Below are positions 1 through 14,287 of a stretch of 64,000 bases of DNA, piece after piece. This DNA is from Eledone cirrhosa (taxonomy: Eukaryota): positions 266,848,001-266,912,000 of the forward strand of contig OZ024740.1 in assembly GCA_964016885.1 (NCBI GenBank), given 5' to 3'. Numbering within the stretch: position 1 is the stretch's first letter; each line of letters begins with the position of its first letter. The notes beneath the pieces were generated by a model. The model searched no databases and was not told the DNA's origin. It saw only the letters and a list, made by a program, of their open reading frames with translations. A program made the translations under genes and the position numbers.

Positions 1-558
1 AAAAATAATCATCAAGAACATTTACAAGGAACAAGTGTAAAAAACACGCTTAAAAACAGCAACAATAGCATCAACATCAATAACAAGACCAACATTAAAA
101 CTACCACGAACAATAACTATAAAAACAACAACAGCAGCAGCCTTAAGAACAGTAAGAAGAAATAGTCAGATCAACATTATCAAATCTTTTAAGTGTAACC
201 ACTGAAAAAAAACTTATATAACACATCAATTAGGCATTTTTGTTGGAGGCTGGCATCGGCGGAGCAGCTTTATCAATTAGATGAGAAAATAAAAACAAGA
301 AGAATCACTAGTTCCCGTCACGACCACAACCACCACCCGACCACCACTACCACCACCACCACATCCATCACTACCTCACCACCAACACCATTCCACCATT
401 CCATAACGACGGCGGCAGCGACGACAATAACAACAACAACAACAACAACATTTTGACAGGAAACAGCACTGGCAGTAGTAGCAACGACTGGAGCAAAGCA
501 CTCTTTACGGCAGTGTTTGTGATTGTCTTTCTGCTTTAGGGACCACCCCGCAGTAGCA

Positions 559-799
559 ATGAGCAAAGACGAAGCTATAGAGATGAAACCTGCTTATCTG
601 GGACCTGTATATACCAACGGGTCTCAGGTACAGCTAGACAGCGGTTCGAGACCGACCGAAGTAAAAACGGGCAAAGACAAGGTTTACGTTCGTGACCAAT
701 GGGATGGAAAAATCAACTTTGTTCTCTCCTGTGTCGGCTATTGCATTGGACTTGGGAATGTTTGGCGGTTTCCCTATTTATGTTATAAAAACGGAGGAG
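559..799 (+). CDS. First coding exon of an SLC6 (NSS) Na+/Cl- dependent transporter, GABA/taurine/creatine-type subfamily likely
   Basis: ATG at 559 gives [10 protein letters not shown]...[36 protein letters not shown], containing the SLC6 RxxW motif and TM1 signature [18 protein letters not shown]. Similarity stops at G|GTGAGT (donor 800-805), a conserved SLC6 phase-1 intron position. The paralogue cannot be assigned from one exon. Confidence 0.93.
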
Positions 800-805
800 G
801 TGAGT
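800..805 (+). promoter_or_regulatory. 5' splice donor of the SLC6 intron
   Basis: Consensus GTGAGT exactly where protein similarity ends (KNGG-G|). Confidence 0.9.
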
Positions 806-1124
806 ACAACCATTTCTATTTAAGTACACAATTTTGTTTCAAGAAACCACAACACAAGATCTAACCAAATCTTTTTTAAAAGTGAATGAATTGCTATTTT
901 GTTGATATATTTTACCTCAGTAGAAATCATTTCATTTAAATATTGGAGCAAAACATAGTAACTTATTGTTCCAACGCGTCTCCCTCACCGTCCTCTGGGG
1001 CAATGTATTCTCCATCCAGTTGGCTGGGACCCAGAGGTAGAGGGTAAGTTAGTTCGGACCTCACTTTCTATTTCTTTAAAAATCTCTCTATTTATTTACT
1101 TATTGTATTCATTTTAGTGTAGAT

Positions 1125-1880
1125 TAGCAGAATTCTTAGTGTCAGACAAAATACTTTGTGGCATTTAGTTACGGCTCGTTATGTTCTGAGTTCAAATCCC
1201 ACTTAGGTGTACTTTGCCTTTCATCTTTCTGGGGCCAATAAAATAAAGTACCAGTCACTTACTGGGTCGTACAGGTAGCTTGGTAGACCCAGTTGGGTTG
1301 TTGGCTTTGTGTGTAAAATTAGAAATCATTATTTTTAATGCACTGGGTTAACTTTGCCTTTCATCCTTACGGGGTCGATAATATAAAGTACCAGTAATGT
1401 ACTGGTAATTGCTGGTCTTGTGCCAATAGTAGAAACAATTATTATTGTTAGTGTTGCCACATGGACTCTTGTCGTTAATTTAAGAAATCATTTTTATTGT
1501 TGCTTAGGGCGATGTTGGTAGAATCTTTAGAGTGTTCAAAACAAGGTTTTGTAGTATTTCATTTTGGCCCTTTAAGTCCAGAGCATATCCTGTTGAGGTC
1601 GAATTTCCTTTTCATCTTTCCTGGGTCGATAAACTAAAGTACTAACCAAGTATTGGTGCTAATATAATTGACTGTTTCCTCCCATCAAATCTCTGACTTT
1701 GTGTCTATGCGATAGATTGTTATCAGTATGCGACATTTTGTTACGGACATTTATCTTCTGAGTTCAAATCATGCCGAGATTAACTTTGCTTTTCATCTTT
1801 CTGGGGTCAATAAAATAAAGTACCAGTCATATACTGAATCGATATAATCGACGTTATCCTCCCGCCAAAATTTCTGAAAT
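1125..1880 (+). mobile_element. Cluster of old, diverged copies of the major tRNA-derived SINE
   Basis: Repeated ctgagttcaaatcc (B box) and tttgcctttcatcc...gtcgataaaataaagtaccag core. Confidence 0.75.
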
Positions 1881-3163
1881 AATAATGTTAATAATGACCT
1901 GGCAAACACATCTATTGGTATCTCTCCAATTCTTCTTTTAGCAGCACTCGGGGATACTTTCTATATAATAGAGTAAGAAGAACAAACGAGAAATGTTAGC
2001 CGTCTTAATTAACTAGTTTACTGATATGAGATTTTGAACACAGAAAATTGAGACATTGAGCTAGATCTTATCTATAAAGTACATAGATATAAGTAAAATA
2101 TACCTTTTGAGAAAGGATAAAATAACCCAATGGATCAGGTATGAGACACATTAGTTTCGTAGTCTTTATAGGGAGCATTTTTAATTCATCATTGTTTTCG
2201 GATTTTCTTTCTTGGAGAGATTCGTCTCTCATCCACTTGTCAGTACGGCACTTCATTACATCATTCGTGAAGCTCATTATCTTCTAATGATGTATGATTG
2301 GTTTGGAATATTTGTTATAAAAAAGAGAAATATGATAAAAAAAAATGAAAGCATATTCTTAACGTTGGTGCTTGATAAATGTCAAGATGTCATTTCGTTT
2401 GGTTCAAGTATTGGTATTTATTGAGAAATCTAAAAAAAAATCTGTGTACTGTTATTTTCAAGTACGACAGATTTAGATACCTTTTCTTAAAACATTTAGA
2501 TTATCTGCTAGAGCATACTTAGACATTTCCCATTGTCATAGAGTGTGTATTTAGAACGATTGTTTGAGAACGAAATGTGCTTGTGAATGTTAAAAAAATG
2601 TATTAGATAAGTTCTTGTTATTGACTATCCCTCGGTAAACTGTAATTCTCTGATCTAGCACACCATATATGCCTTATCTTCATATAAATTTATATCCATG
2701 TATACATACATTTACAAGACATACACACACTCTCTCTCTTTCTTTCTCTCTCATACTCACACACACACACAGAGAACATAGACACACACATATATGTGTG
2801 TGTGTGAAACTTAACAGGTGACTGTCATCATCTTTAATGATATAAAATAAAATTATTTTGATTCTAAATGTCCCGTAGAGTCCTATATCACACAATGTAT
2901 AATATATAGCAATATATGATACACTACTACAATAGTATTATATCTGCATGTTCATATATGTATTTTAGAGAATGAAAAATATGACGCAATGTATAACTGG
3001 TATATGTATAAAAGAAACCTTGAGGTAATCTATAGATCTTCCTAACTGGTTTCACCTTTCTCCGTTTTTATGTTTTTACGACCATCAATGTCTTTAAGAA
3101 ATTCCTGAACATCACAAAAGCCATAGTGAAATTCCGTGAACACAAACTGTCTACAACCACGCC

Positions 3164-3235
<72 letters not shown>

Positions 3236-3239
3236 GCGT

Positions 3240-3315
<76 letters not shown>

Positions 3316-3655
3316 GTGTGTATGTGTCCGTCCGTTTCTGAAGCTTAGTAAATCGCTGATGAAAAAAGATATCGTTAAAATAAATATCATGTTTGAAAAA
3401 AAGAAGTAATGGGGTCTATACAACCGACAAAAATCCCTTCAAGATGATTGCCCATTATAGCGTCGGTCTAATTGTTGAAACATGTAAAAGAATAAAGAAT
3501 TCTTAGCATGAGGATTGTTTCTTGGCGATCAAATAATTACCAGACAGCTAATTACTATAGCTTCGCCCTTAAAATATGTGGCCTGACGCCTTTGTCAGAA
3601 ACCAAATATCATACCGTTGTATGCATCCTGATATGTACGAATATATATATATATA

Positions 3656-3851
3656 TACGAGGGTCGGCTGAAAAGGTCAAAGGCTGACTATGAAGGAGTG
3701 ATGCTAGAGCTGTGAAATCTTGATTGCATTAATTTCAACTCTTCTTATTAATAACTACCTTGAAAAATAAACCTCATTTGGTCATTCCGTGAGAGTATCT
3801 TGGCTAGCATATGAACGTTTCAGTCTATCAACTTTTCAGCTGATCTTCGTA
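3656..3851 (+). mobile_element. Tc1/mariner-type MITE (~200 bp)
   Basis: TA-flanked TIR tacgagggtcggctgaaaa...ttttcagctgatcttcgta. Same family at 4404, 17833, 18508, 18953, 52863, 55090. Confidence 0.8.
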
Positions 3852-3866
3852 TATATATATATATGT

Positions 3867-4075
3867 ATATTTATTAAAATAACAGATTAAAGTTTAAGCA
3901 AAGAATCGCTGCTTTCAGCTTTAACGGGATCCCGTTAAGGGTGAAAGCAGCGATTCTTTGCTTAAACTTTAATCTGTTATTTTAATAAATATTTGCTCTA
4001 GGGTTCTTATATATTTGATATATATTTATCCTTATCGAGCCCTCTTTGGATTTTACTCTTCACATTTATTATTAT

Positions 4076-4080
<5 letters not shown>
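3867..4080 (+). mobile_element. Fold-back element family A: ~63-bp-arm palindrome plus unique tail, between (TA)n tracts
   Basis: 3867-3992 is a near-perfect palindrome centred on gggatccc. Second copy at 25462-25694. Confidence 0.8.
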
Positions 4081-4158
<78 letters not shown>

Positions 4159-4403
4159 AATTGTGTGTGTGTGAGAGAGAGAGAGAGAAAGAGTTCTGAT
4201 CTGGTGATCGTAGCAGCCAACAACCAAGAAAGAACTCAATGTTAAAAACAGTTTTGTAAAATGAGATTAATTTAATTCAGACTCTCACAATATGACCATG
4301 GCGTTTCAGCAAAGTGTGTGTGTGTGTGTAATTGCATACACAAATAATTCTAATAATAAAAAAGTACTAGGAAACTAGTTATAGTTTAAAATGGCAAACA
4401 TTA

Positions 4404-4598
4404 TACGAGAGTCGACTGAAAGGGTTGACCACGATACTCTCATAGAATGACCAAATAAAGTTTATTTTTCAACATAGTCCCTGGAAAGAAACAATGCAGT
4501 AACTGATGAGAAAAGTTGAAATTAATGCATGCAAAATTTCGCAGCTCTAGTATCACTCCTTCATAATGAGCCTATGAACTTTTCAGCCTACTCTCGTA
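4404..4598 (-). mobile_element. Mariner-type MITE copy
   Basis: Reverse complement of the 3656-3851/55090-55291 family, with TA ends. Confidence 0.75.
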
Positions 4599-5194
4599 CA
4601 TTGAAGTAGAAGTCTTGGGAAGAAGAATATTCTTACATTTTGGTGACTGACTTTTCATCAGAATGAAAACTATTTTTTTTTTATTCATTGAAATATTTTC
4701 TCTCTCAGATTTGGCTTCTCTTCTCGAGATAAGAACTTATCCAATGTATTAGCATCTTGTAGCGAGTACACTTCGCAATCATAAGGTCTACCGTTCGATA
4801 TCACGGCATGACATCGTGCGTAAATAGCTTTACCATAGCCTCAGGTTGACCCAAACCTTGTGAGTGAAATTGGATAGACAGAAATTGTATGGCAGCCCGT
4901 TCGTTGAACTTTATCAGTAATTCAAATGTCACGGTCTGTAACGAAAATGACAAGGAAATCTTGTTGAAAGAAGAATATACAAATATGTTTCTAAAATAAA
5001 ATGCAAAGAAAACATTACATCAATATCCAAACATCCAAACAACCATTTAACTCTCTACCCACACCTCTCTCTCTCTCTATCTCTCTCTGAGTCAGGTACG
5101 AACATAATTCGATCGTTCCTCGAGCTGATCGGCAGTGAATCATATGTAATATGTCATTAAATAAGTATATGATACAATACTGATTCTTTGTTCC

Positions 5195-5315
<121 letters not shown>

Positions 5316-5432
5316 AGGTGTGTGTGTGTATATTCCAAAAAAGGACAAAGATAATGGGAAAAATAATGGAAAACGAACAGCCACATCTCCTCGAGCAACC
5401 TCTGGAAATCCCTACAGTTTCGATGTAATATA

Positions 5433-5504
<72 letters not shown>

Positions 5505-6012
5505 GGTAATCCAGTTAGAGTTTGTGAGTACTCTGTATTATGGATAGTTTCAACGTACGGCGTCGTTTGACTCACCAAGAGGTTTCACAGTTAGGCAGCG
5601 AGTTCGCGAGAATTCCTATGCAGGTTAATCTTGGAGTAATAATAGTGAAAAATTGAAGAATAACATGGTCAGCTGTACAAAAAGGGTTTTATTTACAGTA
5701 TTAACAATTGTTTAATTGATTAGGTATCTAAAGGCCGCTAATCACTCGACCTTAAATACAGAGTTTGCCTGTCAAATCATCGGAATACTAAATAATTTAC
5801 ACGCGGTGTTTGAATTTATAGATACAACGGAGAATCCGAACAGAGCACTAACTATTTATTATATATATATATATATATATATATAGTAAATAGTTAGTGC
5901 CCAACGGCCGTTTCAAAGGCATGTGGATAACTGAATACAATACATACACTCTACTTTTTCAACTATCGAGTACATAGCTGAACAAGGTTTTACTAGTGTA
6001 AACTAGTAACTT

Positions 6013-6101
<89 letters not shown>

Positions 6102-6611
6102 CTATTTTGCTGAACTCCTTACATTTTGTAGAGTTTTTTCGGAATGTTTTTGACTGCTGTTTCTTGTAAATAGACATTCGTCTCATTCTGACGTCACCAG
6201 CCATGTTTCTCCATGTGTGTTTATTTTCAAAATTCCGCACGAGGTGAACTAGCCTGTTTTAAATTCCCTTTTTGGCATATTTTGGCAGTGGTATTTTGGT
6301 TATCGTGTTGAGCTCTACTGAGGAACGACTCCAACCGTGACTAATCCCACTGAAAAGTTTCGTGAAATAGTCTTTTTAAGACTATATAGAGCATTTGTAG
6401 TTTTTCCAAATTGAAGGATGAGTATTTAATCTTTATTTTATTCTGAGTTAAATACTCTATTCGTTTTTTCCCTGGATTTCACAAAATCTGTGGATAAAAT
6501 CTCTGTCTTGATTTCTTTTGAAGTGAGTTTGAATTATTTTCCATTTTGACGTTATAGTCACTTACATATTATGAAATACTGTTGGCTTCTTGCTCACATT
6601 AATTTCTCTAT

Positions 6612-6686
<75 letters not shown>

Positions 6687-6696
6687 CACACATATT

Positions 6697-6738
<42 letters not shown>

Positions 6739-6739
<1 letters not shown>

Positions 6740-7298
6740 TAGCTAAACTACCCGTCCTTTGGACGGTTCAAGTAGCTTTCGGTGTAGCTCATTAAACTGA
6801 ACAAAGTAAATTTGAATACATAGAAGAAAAACGTACTTTATGTAAACATGAAATCCTTAGGCACTATTCCAGGGAAATAATTAATATGTGAGCTCGGTGT
6901 CATTCGTTATCCCATGTAACAACAGAAATCCAGTCTAGATATAAGTTTCAAGTACAGAGAGTAAAGTAAAATCCGAATGAGCCGAACTGTAATAATCATT
7001 ATCCTAAAACAAAATTTTTGACAACATCAAAACTGAGTTCCTATTGTATTGACGAAAGATAACTCTTGTCTTACTTAATCACGAAAATTGACACAAATAA
7101 CCGAAACTTTTTTAATGTCTCCAAAGGCCCCAATATCGATTTTTGAAAGCCTTTGTAGCTCATGTACAGGTTTTGTGCAAGGAGAAGCTCTGTAAAAAAT
7201 TTCAAAGAAATCGCATGAATGGTTTAGAATATATGAGCCCTCATTAAAAATTGTCCACACACACACATACGCACACACAGAAAACTTCAGCTTTATAT

Positions 7299-7299
<1 letters not shown>
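6739..7299 (-). mobile_element. Non-autonomous Helitron (same family as 36327-37093)
   Basis: Minus strand ends with a ccgtcc-aaa-ggacgg hairpin followed by CTAG. Near-identical in inverse orientation to 36327-37093 apart from an internal indel. Confidence 0.8.
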
Positions 7300-7346
<47 letters not shown>

Positions 7347-7502
7347 ATATATATATAAACAGAATAAATGGAGGAGAAGGCCAAAAAACCAAACTTTACT
7401 TCTTACACAAAGTTTCATCTTTACAATACCGAATAACAGTTCACACATATATATGTGTGTATATATATACACACACACACAAACACAGACACACACACAC
7501 AC

Positions 7503-7535
<33 letters not shown>

Positions 7536-7661
7536 CATATATATATTAAGTTAAGTGAGAAAACAAAGATAATATTTCAAATCACTTTGGTAACATCTAC
7601 CTGATTTGCAGATTAATCAATCAATATATTGAATGAGTGATACACCCACTCCTATTCATAT

Positions 7662-7738
<77 letters not shown>

Positions 7739-8173
7739 GTATGTATATCCTAAACGGACGGTAGTCTGTTTAGTAATATTGTTGTGGTCGTGTTTACGTT
7801 GTTGGCAATCGTCTGTTTACGACAGTACAGCGCGGCTCTACTTTATTTAACTGAGATAAAACTTATATGAGCATGAACAGTAGATCATTACGCATCTTTT
7901 GGCTTAAAAATCTAGAAATTTGGTCCAGCGGGAAAAGTTTATAATCAAAGTTTGCTGATAAAGCTTGTGTTCAAGTGAGTGAGTAGTAAGCGTGACGCTA
8001 GGGGAGGTAATCCAGAAATGACGTAGCTTTGTCATTAAGCCAGTTGCCTCAACTAGATTGCAATTATACTCAAAAGAACTTTAAAAGGTCAATCACTTGT
8101 CAGTAATTCACTATGATCATTTAATTATTAGATAGTTGTTGCTTGCATTGCCTTAAAAAATAGTAGACCAGAT

Positions 8174-9053
8174 AGAAAAATGCGTACAGCAAAAAAAAGT
8201 AATATTGTTGGAATATAAACCTTTAAAAATACAGGACAAGAAACTAAAATAAAACTTTAAAAGAATAGGACAAGAAACTAAGATAAAACTTTAAAAGAAT
8301 AGGACAAGAAACTAAGATAAAACTTTAAAGAATTGGACAAGAAATAAAAAATTTTACAATAATATTAGTGGCAAAATTTTTTTATTCGTCTCTCCTGTGC
8401 TATTCCCCAGTATCTTCTTGATTAGTGCATAATAATTGTCATGCTCTCATTGTGCGTTGCCCCTGAGCGGTTGGTTCTGGTTGGGGTTGGTTGGCTGAGA
8501 GTTCTGCTCCGTCAGAATGACCATTGCAAGAAGAATTGGCCGATGCAGCTGCCGGACTTGAACTCAAGGACAAGATGCAAGGAGATGATGGACGGGTTGG
8601 TCAAGATCAAGGATGAGCGGGACGACAAGACCGTCCGCTGCTGCTCAAGATCTGTGCTCATGGGCCCATGGGTCCATTACACATTATGCATGACACATGA
8701 GGCGTGTTGCCGAATGATGAAATAGGGGTATGGTTATGGCCAAATTGGTGTTCAAACCAGGATCAAATGATCCCCCCGGTCTAACGACGACCTCTGAATG
8801 TGGAACCCAGAGCCTATGAATGTGGAACTCGATTTTTTACAAATAAAAATTTTGCCATTAATATTATTGTAAAATTTTTTATTTCTTGTCCAATTCTTTA
8901 AAGTTTTATCTTAGTTTCTTGTCCCAATTCTTTTAAAGTTTTATCTTAGTTTCTTGTCCTATTCTTTTAAAGTTTTATTTTAGTTTCTTGTCCTGTATTT
9001 TTAAAGGTTTATATTCCAACAATATTACTTTTTTTTGCTGTACGCAATTTTCT
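8174..9053. mobile_element. Long inverted-repeat element (~210-bp arms with internal ~30-bp tandem repeats, ~450-bp GC-richer spacer)
   Basis: 8174-8386 is the reverse complement of ~8842-9053. Arms contain 3-4 copies of ggacaagaaactaagataaaactttaaaagaata. Confidence 0.8.
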
Positions 9054-9073
9054 GAAAGGTATATATATGTATG

Positions 9074-9154
<81 letters not shown>

Positions 9155-9382
9155 TATACCAGAGAGCGAATCGAGACCCGACTGCTGAGCTCTTGCCGTT
9201 TCGACAGCTAATTCTAGACTATATATTATATGTATGCCTGTGAGTGTGTATTAATGAATGTGTAAAATATGTTTAGACTACAGTTGTTATCTGATGTGTC
9301 TAGACGAGAAACAAGGTGCCAAAGTGAGTGGGTAATAGTCAGAGGAGGAAGGGGTAAAATATATAGAGTGGTGATAGATCGA

Positions 9383-9414
<32 letters not shown>

Positions 9415-9415
9415 C

Positions 9416-9519
<104 letters not shown>

Positions 9520-9562
9520 GTATATATATATATATATATATATGTATATACACACATCTATA

Positions 9563-9650
<88 letters not shown>

Positions 9651-9829
9651 TGTAGAGAGGGAGAGAGATAGGTAGAGAGAGAGAGAGAGAGAGACGAGAG
9701 AGAGAGGGAAGGGGTAAATAGATAGATAGATAGATAGAGGGAGAGAGAAGAAAACTATGAGAGAGATAGAATTTGGATGGGAAAGTAAAGCGATACGTAT
9801 TTAAAAAAAACATACGCACGTATGTATAT

Positions 9830-10280
9830 TTGTGAGTGTGTATATGTGTGTGTATGCAAGTATAGATATGTATGTATTTATGAGTGCATAATATGTACCG
9901 CTTTATAAGGTGTGTGTATATAGTAAATATCCATGTGTGTATGTGTATGTGCTTGCAAGCATAGATATGTATGTATTTATGAGTGCATAATATGTACCGC
10001 TTTATAAGGTGTGCGTATATAGTGTGTGTACATATGTGTATGTGTATGAATGTGTGCAAGTGTATGCATGTATTTATTAGTGTTTATCTCTTTATAGAGT
10101 ATGTGTATACGGTGTGCGTACATGTGTGCGTGTCTAAGTGTAGGCATGTATGTATTTATGAATACATAGTGCGTACCTCTTTATAGCGTGTGTGTATAAT
10201 ATGTGTACATGGGTGTGTATGTGTGTCTGTGTGCATGTGCAAGCGTAACTATGTATGTATTTATAAATCCATTGTGTGAA

Positions 10281-10322
<42 letters not shown>

Positions 10323-10380
10323 TGTGTGCAAGCGTAACTATGTATGTATTTATAAATTCATAGTGTGAATATCTTTATAG
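9830..10380. repeat. Degenerate ~85-bp minisatellite built on TG/TA microsatellite
   Basis: Recurring tatgtatttatgagtgcataatatgtaccgctttataaggtgtg unit. Confidence 0.6.
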
Positions 10381-10648
10381 GGTGTATGTGTATATAGTAT
10401 ATATGTGTACATGTGAGTGTGTTTGTACTTGTTTGTATGTATGTAAGTATGTGTGCGTGTGTGTGTGTTTTCACAAGTGTGTAATCATGTGTGTCAGTGT
10501 GTACGTTTGTTTGTATATATGTATTTATATATTTAATATATTCCTATCGGAAATATTCGTATGTTTTTATATATAGTGTGTATTCACAAACACGCGCGTG
10601 TGTGTTTGTGTGTGTGACAGTGTGTGTCTGTGTGTGTATGTGTGTGTA

Positions 10649-10683
<35 letters not shown>

Positions 10684-11358
10684 GTGTGTGTGTGTCTGTC
10701 CACGTTTGTGTGCGATTATGTGTATGTGTGTCTGTGTGTGTGTGCGTGTATGTGTATGTGCGTGTGTGTGCGTGTGTATGTGTGTGTATGTGTGTGTGTA
10801 TATGTGTGTATGTGTGTACGTGTCTGTGTGCGTGTATGTGTATGTGCGTGTGTGTGCGTGTGTATGTGTGTGTGTGTATGTGTGTGTGTGTGTATGTGTG
10901 TATGTGTGTGTGTGTTTATTTGTGTGGTTGTGAATGGTGGTTTGTATATATATTTTATACATAATCTCTGTTAATACATGTACATGTATGTGCGTCTTTT
11001 GGCTTATATGCTTCCTTATAACAGGAATCTGTGTGCACTAATGCATAGACAGTGCCATATATACTGATATATAAAGAAAAAAAAAAAAAAAAAACCATAA
11101 TATAGATATATTTCCACGAGAAGAATCTAATGGGTTTTCTTGTATTTTCCTCAAGCTAACTAATGCATACGGTATGAGAAGTGCAGTGCAGTGGTACTGC
11201 CAAGAAATAAAGGAATCCCAACCACCTTCTCTCACACAACATATGTACACAAGCATGAAAAGAGTAAAAACTTTCTAGCAAACATAACATTTCTTTTTGG
11301 TGTGTGTGTGTTTGCCTGAATATATATGTGATTGCCACATATATATGTATATATATAG

Positions 11359-11680
<322 letters not shown>

Positions 11681-11699
11681 TATATATATATTACTCTAT

Positions 11700-12625
11700 T
11701 ACTCTATTGTGTGTTCCAGCCGAAAGGCTGAGACCATGCTTGGGCACCGCCACCGATTTTACACTTTCTATAGCCAGCCTTCCCTGTTTGACCATTGATG
11801 CAAAGGGAGTTTGTCGCAGCAGCTCTTATTTGTGCTTCGTCTCGTGTTTTGAGTTCATCCGAGATCTTGGTCAGTAGACTGTCGAGATGTCTCTTAAAAT
11901 ATCTACATGAAAACCAAGTAGATCTCTCAGATCTTTTGAACTCCAGGCTATTGAAGTGTATGGTCTTTATTCTCGATGCGACATATTGGACCTTTGGCAC
12001 TACACAGTGGCGTTCTGTTCGTGGGCTTATCGTGCCTTCAATGCCGAAGTTTGGTGCTAATCCTTCCGGGATCTTCCATATGTGTATCTCTCCCGTTTTC
12101 GCTCCAGAGAGTAAAGCTTTAGTCTCTTCAACCTCTTCCAGAAGCTCATCTCTTTCATTGCGGCCATCCTCTTGGTGTAGCTTAGTAGGATTATTTCAAG
12201 TTATTCAGTTAGTTTGACACTGAGGGGCGACCACAGCTGTGAGCAATAGTCCAGTCGACTGAAGACGAAAGTCCTTCAGGAGACCAACATGGTTGCCGGG
12301 TCTCTTGTCCTGAATGTCCGCGGAATCCAACCCGCCAGTCATCTTCACATTGCCATCATTTTGGTGATGTGTACATAAAACGATGCATCATTGCTCATGT
12401 CAATACCCAGGTCCGGTATTGATTTTGAGTCGGGAATATCGATTCCTCCTGGTCCAGTGTACCTGGTGGTACCAGTGTACCTTGTTGTGTTGGTCCTATG
12501 TTTGTGGATTGATAGCGAAGGCCTGGAATCTTACCTGCATTAGATTGAATATTGCTGTTTTCAGCCCATCCGGGATCTAAATCTTGTAAGAGAGTAGCAT
12601 CAGCCGGGTTCTTGATTGTCTGTGC
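11700..12625 (-). mobile_element. Degenerate CR1/L2-group LINE 3' fragment
   Basis: Minus-strand frames give RT C-terminal-like FKRHLDSLLTKISDE...AAATNSL and LLQDLD. Related to 34730-35500. Confidence 0.65.
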
Positions 12626-12671
12626 TACTATATATACACACACACACGCGGACACATATATACGGACACAT

Positions 12672-12758
<87 letters not shown>

Positions 12759-12891
12759 TATATATATATATGCAAAAATTAAACGGAAACAACAAAGCAA
12801 ACAACACAAAACAAAACTAAAAAAAAAGGTATCATAATATAATAAAGGGAGGAGTGCGGAATTGTGTCCTGAATATATTTCTTTATCCCGT

Positions 12892-13719
12892 TAGTAAAAT
12901 AAGTTGGATTTCTTTGAATAAATAATGAATGAATATTACATAATATTGAATAAATAATGAATGAATATTACATAATATTGAATGCATAATGAATGAATAT
13001 TACATTATAGTAAAATAAGCTGAATTACTTTGAATAAATAATGAATGAATATTACATAATATTGAATAAATAATGAATGAATATTACATAATATTGAATG
13101 CATAATGAATGAATATTATATTATAGTAAAATAAGCTGAATTACTTTGAATAAATAATGAATGAATATTACATAATATTGAATAAATAATGAATGAATAT
13201 TACATAATATTGAATGCATAATGAATGAATATTACATTATAGTAAAATAAGCTGAATTACTTTGAATAAATAATGAATGAATATTACATAATATTGAATA
13301 AATAATGAATGAATATTACATAATATTGAATGCATAATGAATGAATATTACATTATAGTAAAATAAGCTGAATTACTTTGAATAAATAATGAATGAATAT
13401 TACATAATATTGAATAAATAATGAATGAATATTACATAATATTGAATGCATAATGAATGAATATTACATTATAGTAAAATAAGCTGAATTACTTTGAATA
13501 AATAATGAATGAATATTACATAATATTGAATAAATAATGAATGAATATTACATAATATTGAATGCATAATGAATGAATATTACATTATAGTAAAATAAGC
13601 TGAATTACTTTGAATAAATAATGAATGAATATTACATAATATTGAATAAATAATGAATGAATATTACATTATAGTAAAATAAGCTGAATTACTTTGAATA
13701 AATAATGAATGAATATTAC
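12892..13719. repeat. Higher-order minisatellite: 116-bp unit (three ~32-bp subunits plus ~22-bp spacer), about 7 copies
   Basis: tagtaaaataag recurs at 12892, 13008, 13124, 13240, 13356, 13472, 13588 and 13672 (the 13588 unit lacks one subunit). Subunit tgaataaataatgaatgaatattacataatat. Confidence 0.92.
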
Positions 13720-14287
13720 TAAATTTCGTAACTCTTGATTAAATATAAATAATTTTATTGCTTATTTCAAGATTCACTTCTTTTAAAAATTTCAAATGTC
13801 AATACTCCCGGTTATGATATAATGGACGCTATATCACATCGCTAATATAAATGTTCATATACTTGCATCATTATATAAGGTTTCCGTCGCTAATGTTCTC
13901 TTTTTTCGTTTTCATAAAATTTTGCCGTAATAATATCGTCTTTTTTAAATGTATCATGGATTACTTTATTTATTACAGTAGAGAGTGTAACACAGTCTCT
14001 CTTCAATTTCTCTGCATATTGTCAATTAGGATTTTATTTGACGTATCATATCTAGATGCATATATATTTACGTATAATATCAATATGCACACTACATATG
14101 CTAGCAGTTTAATGCTTGATATAGTAGGAAAAGATTCTTTGCGTTTCAGACACTAGTTCTTCATCGGAAGATAGAATGAGAGATAGAAGATGAAATAGAA
14201 AGACAAGGAGAGAGAAGTGGAAGGAACGTAAAAAAAAAATAAAAAAAAAATTGAGAAAAAATACGTGGTTGCACAAACGGGAGAAAT

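Noticed and set aside
318-566. Val-rich minus-strand ORF
   Set aside because: Antisense translation of (CAC)/(CAA) repeats upstream of the SLC6 start codon.
800-864. Continuation of ORF 523-864 past the SLC6 motif
   Set aside because: Read-through into the intron after the GTGAGT donor. The upstream TTG start at 523 is also not credible compared with ATG 559.
12892-13719. Repeat-spacer-like periodicity suggesting a CRISPR array
   Set aside because: The spacers are identical, the context is eukaryotic and there are no cas genes. It is a higher-order minisatellite.
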